Of a stretch of DNA of 64,000 nt, positions 1 to 10,812 are shown one piece after another (position 1 is the first letter of the stretch; each line of letters starts with the position of its first letter). Below the pieces are notes generated by a model. The model saw only the letters and a list, made by a program, of their open reading frames with translations, had not been told where the DNA came from and made no database searches. The stretch is from Azolla caroliniana (lineage: Eukaryota; Plantae; Polypodiophyta): positions 6,200,001-6,264,000 of the forward strand of contig JBHGNT010000002.1 of assembly GCA_043228905.1 (NCBI GenBank). The letters run 5' to 3'. Made by a program: the position numbers and the translations under genes.

Positions 1-1695
1 AGACTAACGTTTTGTGCCGGCCCCCATACATCGGAGTGTATAAGGTCGAGCTTGTTCCAGCTCCGGTTTCGCTCGTTGGGAAAAGGAAGTCAGTGTTGCT
101 TCCCGAGCTAGCAGGCTTCACAAATTTGTGCCTTTCGGCCACTAAATTTGGGCAATCCGAACACTACCTGTTTCGATTGCAGATCTTGAAGCCGTTGGTA
201 GTTGACGTGGCCTATCCGCTTGTGCCAAAAGTCGATGTCCGACTCGGCTTTTTGTCCCTTCGCGAACATTGCGGTGCCGCCGTCAGTGGAATCGAGGATG
301 AACATCCTCCCGTCTCTGCGCCCTTGCGCAATCACACGGCCTTCTTCCTCAATGAAGCACCTGAGGTGTGTAAACCGAACCTCCGTCCCTTGGTCGACGA
401 TCTGTCCGACCGAGACCAAGTTCTTCGTGATTGTCGGAACGTGCAACACGTTCATGAGTTTCCCTTTCTGCCCGACGTGGCTAAGGGGAACTTCTCCGAC
501 ATTCGCGATCGGATGCGGAGTGTCGTCTCCAGTTGCGACTACTCCAGGTTGTATCGGTTTTTCAAGGTACGAGAACCACTCCTTATGGCTCGTCATGTGG
601 TTTGACGCGCCGGAGTCTACATACCACACCTCGTCCGATCTCGGGGTGGTCCGTTTCATTGAGTTTGCTTCGTGTCTCGTCACGAAGGCAGACCCTTCTC
701 CAGCTCTCCCGGAGTCTTCGGCATAGTGCGATCACTGCCGATTTCCCTTGTCGGTATGTCCAGAGCCGTTTCCAGAACCGGTTCTCTCCGAATCGGCGCG
801 CTTCTTCCAGCACTCACTTTCCCTGTGGCCTTTCTTGCCACAGTACCAGCACTCCGCGATGGCCTTCCCTTGCCGGTTCTCATCGCTTCGACTCCCCTTG
901 TTTCCGGAGGGTCCAGAGTTGCTGTCGGCATCACTTAGGTGCCTTCTTCCTTGATCTCATCGTCCGCCTCCATTGCGCACTGACTCGCCTCGTCCTCCAC
1001 GTCCACGGGGCCTATCTCCCTCCGTGTACAGCATTCTGTTGTCAGTGGGCGTGCTTGTAGACGCACCCACGTGGTTCTCCTCTACCAGGAGCATTGACTG
1101 TAAGTCGAAAAAGGACGGCATATTCTCCCGGGTACACACAGCCGTTCAGAACACTCCGAACTTCGACGCCAAACCTCCGAGACAGATCTGGACCATCTCG
1201 CTCTCCTCGATGTTCACCTCTATGGAGGCGAGGGAGTCGCAGATATCCTTGATCTTCGAGGTATAGTCCGCCACCGACAAGTCGCGTTGTCGTAGGTTGC
1301 TCAACTCCTGTCGGAGTTGAAGCTTCCTGGTTGTGGTGCTCGCGGCGAAAATCTTCTTCAGATTTTCCCACGCACCCTTCGGCGTCTTTGCATCCCGAAC
1401 ATAGCTCAATAGTTGTTCGCCCACACACGACGCGAAGCAGTATAATACCCTGCTCGCTGATTGCTCCCACGACGGGAAGTCTCTATGTGTCAATTCGGGC
1501 CGCGTCATTAGCTCCTTCAACATAACTCCAGTAGCCGTGTCCGAGCAGGTACTGGTGCATCTTGTAGGACCAAGACGCGTAGTTGGTTCTGTCGAGCTTC
1601 TCTGTTGGAAGCGAGCTCGCCATGCCTCTATCCATCGTTCTTCTTGTTCTTCTTCGTCAAGCTATGTCGGCTGCAGAGAGGTTCTCAACCCTCGC

Positions 1696-1707
1696 GCTCT
1701 GATACCA
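1696..1707 (-). promoter_or_regulatory. Primer-binding site (tRNA-iMet) of copia element
   Basis: Minus strand reads TGGTATCAGAGC directly after the LTR end ...ACA. Confidence 0.92.
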
Positions 1708-1802
1708 TGTAAAAAGTAGCGTGCGGAAGCAAGTATGAAGACCGAACAGAAGGAAGAAAACGCAGGTTTAATGGAGAGCTTGAGCTTACGCAGTATACGC
1801 GG

Positions 1803-1834
<32 letters not shown>

Positions 1835-2145
1835 ACACAAGAACTATATTCAACAAAAAATACTCAATCTCTATTCACCACGCTATACATATGTGTGTTC
1901 AATGAACACTTTTATAGAAGTCCTAGAAGGACTGACCGAAGTACTAACAGTACTTCAATGCTCATTAAGAGCTCCTACACTAACTCCCAAATATATTCCT
2001 CACGGAATATCTTTCCTAACGGCCTCCCGGTTTACGCACCGGTCTGCGTACCGGTTTACGCATTCGGCCTAACCAATCGGTCCCAACCGATCCGGTCCTC
2101 GGCTTCTTCAGCCAATCTAGCCGATGTTGAGCTTGTCTCTCAACA
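1708..2145 (-). repeat. 5' LTR of copia element (438 bp)
   Basis: TGT...ACA termini and internal (GA)n. The terminus TGTTGAGAGACAAGCTCAACA is shared with the LTR at 60674-61115. Confidence 0.85.
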
Positions 2146-2271
2146 CATAAGAAGGAGACAAACACACAAAGAACGAATGTTCCAATGCGTTTGTAAAGAG
2201 GAGAGTTGCATTGACAAGCCCGGAACATTCTCTAGTCACAAGATGTTTTCTGAAGAGGAGAGGTGCATGGG

Positions 2272-2559
2272 TGTTGATGGGTTGGGGGGTGGAACCTAGA
2301 ATGGCTCCACCCCCCCTCCCAAGGGGTTGAGCGTGAGGGAGAGAGAGAGAGAGAGAGAGACGTTAGAGAAACGCAGAGATGAGAGAAGAGTTCTTATTGT
2401 TATCATTCATGCAAGCCTCATATGGGGTTAAATAGTACAATGAGGGTTACATATCAACACACCCCTCTATCCATTCATTCACACTCTTTCATATCAAGGA
2501 CCTCTCCTACGGATAGCACATGGCACATATCCATCTCCATAACTCTCGTACGGGTAACA
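2272..2559 (-). mobile_element. Solo gypsy LTR (family of the LTR at 58251-58787)
   Basis: TGTTG...GGGTAACA with near-perfect TSD ATGGG/ATAGG. Shares CCTAGAATGGCTCCACCCCCC...CCCAAGGGG, (GA)n and GGTTAAATAGTACAA with 58251-58787. Confidence 0.8.
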
Positions 2560-3204
2560 ATAGGAAAGGTCGAAACACTCCCTAGTCACAAGACATTTGA
2601 ACACACAAGAAGAAGACAAACATACAAGCACGAATGTATGGAAGAAAACAAACACTCGATTATAAAAGTTGAGATGGTATGAGGTAGGATTGTCAATGTG
2701 CTACAAATTTATTCATTTGGATGAGTCATTGTCGACAAGCTATAAGTGTGGATCCACGAGCTTCAAGATGGACTATCTACATGGGATTGGAAAAACCTCT
2801 ATTAGATGCATTCAACATTGAAATCTCTTCCAACATACGAGGAAGAGGGCACATTGACTAGATTGAGCCTCCTCACAAAAATATGATGGTGCATGGTCTT
2901 CTTTGAGTATGATAATGAATTCAACCACATGCTAGTAAGGGATCAAGCGATCCTCATTCCTAACGAATTAACGATATTAATCTGAGCCTCACCAAAGGGA
3001 TTGCAAGGATTTCGTCGTTCTATTGGAGGACACAACAATTGAGAGTGAGTTCGACATGGCAAGTAATAGTGAGACACATCGTCAAGCACTTAAAAGAAAG
3101 ACATTGATGGGTTGACAAAGAGATTGGCAAAGATAAAGACGAAAATGGGGTTGATTCATCAAACATTAGAGAAAGTGAAATATTTGGACTTGTAAAACCA
3201 CTAG

Positions 3205-3398
3205 TTTTAGAATCTTAATTAACGTTAAGCAAAATTAAAGATGAAATTAAGGAAGAAAGTGCTAGTCCACTCGACCATACCCTAGCGAAGGTAGGGAAGG
3301 TGAGACAGATCGAAGTCTCACCTTCGCAAGAGGGTGGTCAAGTGGACTTGCACATTAATTAAGATTAATCCTCTTTAACATTAATTAAGATTCTAACA
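3205..3398. mobile_element. 194-bp palindromic insertion with 24-bp TIRs and 5-bp TSD (MITE-like or solo LTR)
   Basis: TTTTAGAATCTTAATTAACGTTAA / TTAACATTAATTAAGATTCTAACA (22/24 inverted match). ACTAG is duplicated on both sides (3200-3204, 3399-3403). Internal hairpin present. Confidence 0.75.
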
Positions 3399-4143
3399 AC
3401 TAGCCTAGGTCAAATTGAAGGGCCAAGATCCTCTCAAGGAAACAAACAATGTGTATAGTTCAAGCATATGTGGCAATGTTGCAAGGCTTCCAAGTTAAGA
3501 TGATACTTTTATGAACATCCAACTCCATGGCAATGCCTTGCAACTGTGTCATTTAGGATTCCCTTGACGTTGTCTTCATGTTCTAACCATCATCTCATCA
3601 ATCTTCTCATGTCAAAACTCATTTTATGCCATGCCAAGACTCATTTATTCTCCTAAATAGAGACCAATGAATACAAACCACAATGTTTTTAACTCCCAAC
3701 CAATTGAGTTGCACGAAAATGGCACATAGCACCTATAAGGACACGAGCCAAACATTGTTCATTCGTATGATGACAAAACTCTCTGACTTTTAGGTTACAC
3801 TCGTATTCGTTTGAAATTTTAAGTTGCCATATAATGTCCATGTATCTACCATATACTTAAAATTAGTAGAAAATTCATAATCGATGGCATCCATGAGGTT
3901 GCTTGATTATTACTATATACAGAAATAACATGAATCTTGAGCAAAAACATTTATATATATTTCAGAAATTCAAATTGCTTTGGAGCTGACCTCACCTCCA
4001 ATGCTGTCATATATTTCTCATATGTACAATGACATAGAACCGGTCGGTGCCACACCGACATAAAGGTATATACATACATGTTTATATCTATATACAACGA
4101 TTATATTTAGATAACAAAAAGTAAGTGATGCCACCATAACATG

Positions 4144-7100
4144 TCACACCACAGTGACAGAATCTTCAGAGGAATCTTTGAAATCCTCTAGTGATTGTTC
4201 TATGAACTCGGCAAGAAGGGGATCATCACACGACTCTTCGGAATTTGTTAGCATATCACTGCAAGGACCAAAATTCATAGATGTGTCATGGTGGTTGTCT
4301 ATGAACTCTTGCTTGGAAGAAATACTTGAACAAAGGTCTCGAGGAACCCCTCCACATAGGAGTTCTTCTATTTCCCCTTTGGCACCCAACATCACCTAGT
4401 ACCATCATATAAACATGTTAACAACAATTGACAGAGAATACTAAATTCCCATATAATTTTGAATGACCTAAGCAAAAACCATTATTGAAAATTAGGGATG
4501 GAAATTCTAGATTGTTTTCAGCCCTAAACTAACTCTAATCACATTTGTTCATCCAAGTACCGTTATCGGCAATTGGGATGAAAATTCTAGATTGTTTTCA
4601 GCCCTAAACTAACCCTAATCAATAATGTCCATTGTTGATCCAAGTACATTGTGTCAACCCTAATTTTAGTCCTAAAAAGTTAAAATTTCAGTCCTAAACC
4701 CTAATATCTCATCTCTCTTGTCATTCAAGCTAGACAAACATGAAACAATGTGATTGAACCACACACCCTAAGAAGATTGATATTAACTACAATAGAATGA
4801 TAGTTTTGAGCCCTCACACGACAAATATAGGTAATAGAATGATAGTTTTGAATCCTCAACCTCAAAAACTGATCAACTTGTACTTGGAGCAACTACAATA
4901 GAATATTCGTTGGAGCAACTACAGTAGGATATTCGTCCGCTCCTAAAAAATAGAAAATGTAACCCTAACTCATAATATAGACAATAAAAGTACAACATTT
5001 TAACAATGGCACTGAAGACATCCAAGAGTTTGAACCCTAAACCATCTTAGTTGGATTCAAACCTAAAAGGAAACAATGGGAATAAAGAAATGCAAGAATT
5101 TGAACCCTAGACTGCAAACTGTAAAAACAATGGAAATAAAGAAATGAAAGAATTTGAATCATAAACCACCTTAGTTGGATTCAAACCTAAAGACACTTTA
5201 CTCACATAACCATTATTTGTTGAGAACTTACATATCTATTGCTTTGGAGGTTGAAATACAACAACATGTAATCACCTTCTCTAAGCTTGTATGACTTTAC
5301 GAAATCCCCTGTTTTAAGGATGGACAAAGAAAGAACATTATAAACAATCATCTTTATTCGTTCTATTCCATAATATATACCTTCATAGTATGCAATTTTA
5401 TGAATCCTGTTACCTGTGTTTTCAATAAGGTACATGCGGCTCTTGTTGTTAGGCCAAAATCTGGATTCAAATGCCCGAAACAAATATATTTCATTTCCAC
5501 AATTTTCTTAACATCACAAGATTTATTTGCATTTTTAATGTGCAATAAGTTCCTTAAAATAAATGGCAATGGTTCTAAAAGAGGTCAATAAATCGGCTGT
5601 AATGGAGATGGATCGTATCAAGAGAGAAAGCAAGAGAGATACAACCTTACCTGTACCTCATTGACCATATCTTAGTTGAGCTGAAATCCTCAACAGCAAG
5701 GTTCACACCATCCCGAAACTCCAGATATGGCAAACAGGTTTCAGCGTACTTCTGTAAAGAAATGCAAGCCTTCAAAAATCTGAAGCTCGAAACCCTAAAC
5801 CGTAAAACCCTATGACCTCATAACATCCAAACCGACACATTAACTACCAAATTATCAGCCATTAGCATCTAAGCCTGATCAATTAACCCTGAAATCGTAA
5901 ATCCTTACTCCCCTAGTCCATGACGGCTGAACTCCAAGCCTTAACCACAAAACCCTAAACCCAAACTGCTAAATCCTAAACCCTGAAGACTGAACAACTA
6001 AGCCTTCATCCTAAAAACACCACAAAACTGCTAAGCTCTAAAAACTTGCTAGGTATGTATGTGAAACCTCACATCTTGAAAAAATTCATGAGACTAGAGA
6101 TTTGTGGAGAAACATGAAAGAATGAGAGTCCACATCATGTAAGAAAATATATAAAAACTCCTGGTTAGTGGGTTTTATAAATAGAGTTATTTGCACAAGT
6201 ATCAAGTAATGAATTTATTGGATTTACAAATATGATTGCTCTAGCATGTGCATGTGCATGTGCAGTGTGTTGATTACCTTCGGTAAGACAATCCGTCCAA
6301 GACTTCCAACGTCACTTTGTTTCAGTTCTTTGTGGAAGAGCAATCTCAATTTCTTATTGCCCACGTCGGCCTTGTGCTACAATAATTGCCCCAAAACATA
6401 AGTTAGTCACTATACTATGTCGATGGCCGAGGCAAAAACAAACTTAGGCATCAATCATTAAAATACTGCAATGGACCCCGTTGAGATACTGGACAAACCA
6501 TTGAGAACTTAAGAGTCAATATAATTTGATAGCAGGATATTTAGAGAGGCAAAAATCTCAAGCATTGGTCTTAAGGGGAAAAACTCCAAATGTTCAATAT
6601 AATGTGATATCAGGACATTCAGATAAAAGACAATTCAAGCAGTAGTCATAAGGTAAAAACACAGAATGTTAAAATTTTACTTACAGGACCCCTAGGTTTT
6701 CAAACATTTACCAGAGTACCCCGGCCTATCTATGCTGGTATTTTGTGGAAGTTCTGGGGTATTCTGGTAAATACCACAAGCAAGGGGTATAAACTTAGGG
6801 GCGTTCTAGGCGTCTTTGCCCTAGATATGGTCAACATTGACATAAAAAAAATGAAAAACTAAAGAGAGGCAGAGAGATCACTTGGCCATGCTCAGAATCG
6901 ACATAAGATTGTGCAATCGGCCTCAAATTGACTGCTTTTCCTTCCATAATAGCTTGAGTGCATAGCGAGGTTAAGTTACCATGATGCTGACCATGAGCTA
7001 AAATGGGAAATTTATATTGGTCACTATAAGCTGAAGATAATACATGATTCCGACGACGGCATCTGACATGATTGCGCTGCCTCCCATATTCAGCTTCTAG

Positions 7101-8693
7101 TGTAGAAACAGACCGTAATTTCCGGCTACGAGTACTAGTCCGAACACTCCACCTCTGCCTCTCCATTCGACTTTTTCGGGCAGCACGCGTTGCATTGACA
7201 TCACCATGCCCTGGTTGTGGCATCATCTTCGCTACATCATCATTATTGAAGGTCGGTATAGTAGTACCGAGTTGACAACCAACTGGCGCCATATGATTCG
7301 TTGTCATTGATGAGAACATATTGGTGGGTGTCCATGAAGTGCTATCGTTGATGTTGTTAGCCTCATGCTGAATGTTATTCCATGTCTTATCCAAAAGGGG
7401 GTTATTATTGACGGATTCAGTGCTAATACTAGTACTGCTACTAGTAGCAGTAGCCGTACATCCATCTCGTGGCGACATCACCGATGAGATGTCACCGGAC
7501 AAACTCATGGATGATGTCATCACGGTTCTGGACGGCATCATCATCACATGGCCGGGCATGTTAACACCGTCCGAATTATAGCAATAGGGTTTCTGCGAAT
7601 TCATCTCATCATGTTGAGCCAGCTCATCAAACGGTGTTGTTATGTCGCCAAGGACGCTAATCAAGTTAGACGGAACTTCTTCAGGTAGCTCCATTGATCC
7701 TAGGCTAATGTTATTATTGTTACTGCTATTACTACTATTACTACTACTATTCATATGGAAATTCTGAATCCACATGAGTACACACTTAACAAAGAGCATA
7801 AGACCTTTCTTTCCACCCCCCAGCCTCCTCATAGCATTTTCTATCGTTGATGTTTTTAGCTTGATTTTCCTCATGTCTGCCAATGATATGGCATGAGAGT
7901 TGCACTTTAACCAATCAGAAAACATCTGAGACATGCTGTCTTCATTATCCTCATTCAACATTACATTGTCCTGGCTAGTTACATTATTATCAATCCCAGT
8001 AGCTGTAGTACTAACTTTTGTGGAATATAGACCTTCCTCAGGATGCATGTTTATATTCAAGCATACCTCCTCATCGCCTGGCATAAAATTTAATGGTGCG
8101 TTATTAATACATGATGGATTGATGTCATTGTAATCATCAAGCGCCCATGAATCCATGATCAACTGAGGCATTTCTTCATTAACATCATTCAAGCTTGAGA
8201 AGAGAATATCGTCCACACATGAAGATAGTACCATATTATCCTCGACAAACTCTTCGCCAGCACAATCATGTAAGCCATGTGTAGTAGTGCTACTGATTTG
8301 CTCTGATTGGAGGAGCTCATCGAGTCGATCCATGAGCAATGAATCATCAGGCAACACACCATCATGACCATCTGTGACACCCGATGTATCAAGCGAATTG
8401 TTGTTTGCCATGTGGACATATGTGACATCCAATGTAGGGAAAGAATCATTGGGCACCACATCATCAACATGCCCATGTGTCCTGCCTGATGTAGTAATCG
8501 AATCGTGATTGGATGCCACATCGACATTTTGCCCATCAATACCATCTGAAGTATGGTGTGAATCATCGGCACCCCCATCTGTACCACCTGGCATGTTGTT
8601 GGACACCACATCATCATCACGACCACCACCATAAGTAACGACATTACAGTCATTTGAAGATTTGTTATATGACTGATCTTCCTCTAGTGACAT
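4144..8693 (-). CDS. ABI3: ABI3/VP1-family B3-domain transcription factor (~795 aa, 6 coding exons)
   Basis: Exons 8693-6882, 6376-6278, 5751-5651, 5460-5414, 5308-5232, 4395-4144, all GT-AG and in frame (99/101/47/77-nt internal exons typical of ABI3). B1 (MFSDWLKCN...KIKLKTSTIENAMRRLGGGKKG), B2 (ATRAARKSRMERQR) and B3 (KELKQSDVGSLGRIVLPK...[24 protein letters not shown]) are all present. Confidence 0.95.
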
Positions 8694-8809
8694 GCTAATT
8701 ATAATATAGGCTCCTTTTTCTGCTATTAAGTATATAGTTGGAAAATAGGGGAAATACTAGAAGAGGGCAGACCGATTCGAACTCAACATGAGTTATACAT
8801 GATGTTCAC

Positions 8810-9181
8810 CTGAGAAAGAAAAAGACACGAAAAACAAAATAGGGTTAGTGAATCTTATAAGTTCACCAACCCTGAACCCTAAACCTATATATGTATATAT
8901 ATATATAACTTGCATTTGATCAAAAAATATCCGCTCCCATTATGAGGAGAATGTGTGTTATGGTAAGTCATCATCATCAACCCCACCACCACCATCATGA
9001 TCATCAGATAATCAATGCATTACTTCAAATTGAACACAAAATAAATATCACAAAAAAAACATGCATAATCAATGGACCATTAAAAACTAATCTCTCTAAA
9101 CCAACCCTGGCCAAACGTTTAACATCCTAAAACTCAGAAAACATTTTTTTCAGTGTATGAATTGGGGCAACTCACACTTAC
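8810..9181 (-). other. Probable 5'-UTR intron of ABI3
   Basis: Strong donor ATG|GTAAGT at 9181 and polypyrimidine acceptor TTTTTCTTTCTCAG|G at 8810. A CT-rich leader lies upstream. Confidence 0.6.
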
Positions 9182-9354
9182 CATGTCCAAAGGCCTAGAC
9201 ATAGACAGAGAGAGAGAGAGAGAGCATTACGGTGTAAAAGGAGAGAATGATGAAGAGTTTTATACATAACATACATAAATATACAAAATGTTTTTGTAGG
9301 AACAGGGGATGGAGTGAGAGAGAGAGAGAGAGAGAGATGGAGTGAGTTTGTATG

Positions 9355-9365
9355 TCTATATATAG
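9355..9365 (-). promoter_or_regulatory. Candidate TATA box of ABI3
   Basis: CCTATATATAG on the minus strand, followed by a (CT)n leader. Confidence 0.45.
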
Positions 9366-10334
9366 GAGAAACAGGGGAAGTGGAAAAATCAGAGGATTTT
9401 TTCTTTCTTTCCTTTGTTCCAGAAAGAAACCATGAGGCCTGAATGGCCCTCACTCTTTAATTGTTTCCCAAATTAGAAAGAAAATGAAATTCCCACACCA
9501 TGTTTTTACTTCCTTTTGCTTCCCCCCTCACAAACACACAAACACTTAAATGCAGCAAATATACAAAGACCACACCACCTTCCTACATGATCTTCTTTTC
9601 TTTTGGCTTATGATTATGTCCGAGCCGCCATCACCCTCTTCGGTAGCGAGTGAGCTTCGAAACATGAGGAAATACAAGTGTCACAAAATGCCTTAATCCT
9701 ACGCTCGACAATGGCATACCCTCTACCCTTGTATGTACATATGTGATCTTCTTTACGTTATGATTGTCCGGAATGTCAGAATCATTTGGTCTCGGGTTGC
9801 TCGCTCTTTCGTAGCATTTGAGCTTCAAACACAACCAAATATCTCATCCTATTGCGTTACTCCATCATCGGTTAGTAGCGTTGTCATTCACGCGAAAAGA
9901 TCATCAATTGCCTGTTTTTACAAAACCTTGACATTTATCATGTTATGGGCATCATCCATGTGTAGACATCATGCCACTTCAATCAATCGAACAATGAGTG
10001 AGGAATATATCACATGTCATGTGTATCGTCGTACTCTATAGGTTGCTTTTGTGGGCTTGGGGCCGTTGAGCTATTGTGATAATGGCTCTCGTTTTTCTCA
10101 AGTCTATGTTTGAGCTAGAATCTTTCTATGTCATTGGGCACAAGGAGTAGGAGACGATAGTGGCTATGATTGGAGCGAGATGTGTTATTGGTTGGTTGGC
10201 AACATTGGTGTGCGGCCATGGAATGAAGATTAATCTCAGTGTGACCAACGGCACCACTTGTGGCAAGTATCAGGTTTCAACAATGCGGATCTGATGGCCA
10301 GAGTTGGCCACCTGATGTAGATATACAAGATCCA

Positions 10335-10482
10335 GCCCATCCCATTCCCTTTCATTGCATCCCATCCCATCCCATCCCATCCCATTCCATTCAATTGCTT
10401 TCCATTGCATGCCATGCCATCCCATCCCATTACATGATACATCCAATTCCATTCCATTCAATTGCTTTCCATTGCATTCCAT
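10335..10482. repeat. Degenerate (CATCC/CATTC)n pentamer repeat
   Basis: Visible tandem pentamers with a duplicated CCATTCCATTCAATTGCTTTCCATTGCAT block, ~330 bp upstream of the VPS2 ATG. Confidence 0.85.
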
Positions 10483-10812
10483 CGGTTTGGAAGCTCCTTC
10501 TTTTTGGCTTGGCCTCTCTTTTCCGCTCTCTTCACACGAAGATACCAAAAACCAAAGAAAAATGATGATGACCCACCCCTCTGTATGTATATGTATCGTC
10601 ATCATCATAATCATCGCCCATCACATCACACACACACACCCAAATAATTCCTTTCTTTCTCCTCCCCTTCTCTGATCCTCACCATCAGAAGAAGAAGAAG
10701 AATACAGAAATTAACAGATCCCTGCAACGAAACATTCTATCTTCTTCTTCTTCTTCTTCCTTAAGGACACGGAGGACGCTCATCAGTTCTGTCTCTAAGT
10801 CTCAGGATCGCC

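Larger units (their letters stand above)
1..2145 (-). mobile_element. Ty1/copia LTR retrotransposon, 5' part (LTR, PBS, disrupted gag, protease, GAG-pre-integrase); continues off the window start
   Basis: Gag 1146-1523 (KDAKTPKGAWENLKKIF...LRQELSNLRQ type; stop at 1146), gag continuation 957-1139, protease WYVDSGASNHMT and NVLHVPTITKNLVSV, WHKRIGH...CEAC (108-683). tRNA-iMet PBS and a TG..CA LTR are adjacent. Confidence 0.95.

Noticed and set aside
8189-8653. Alternative-frame 154-aa ORF in ABI3 exon 1, and other antisense ORFs over genes and TEs
   Set aside because: Shadow frames of Asp-rich or GC-rich coding sequence.
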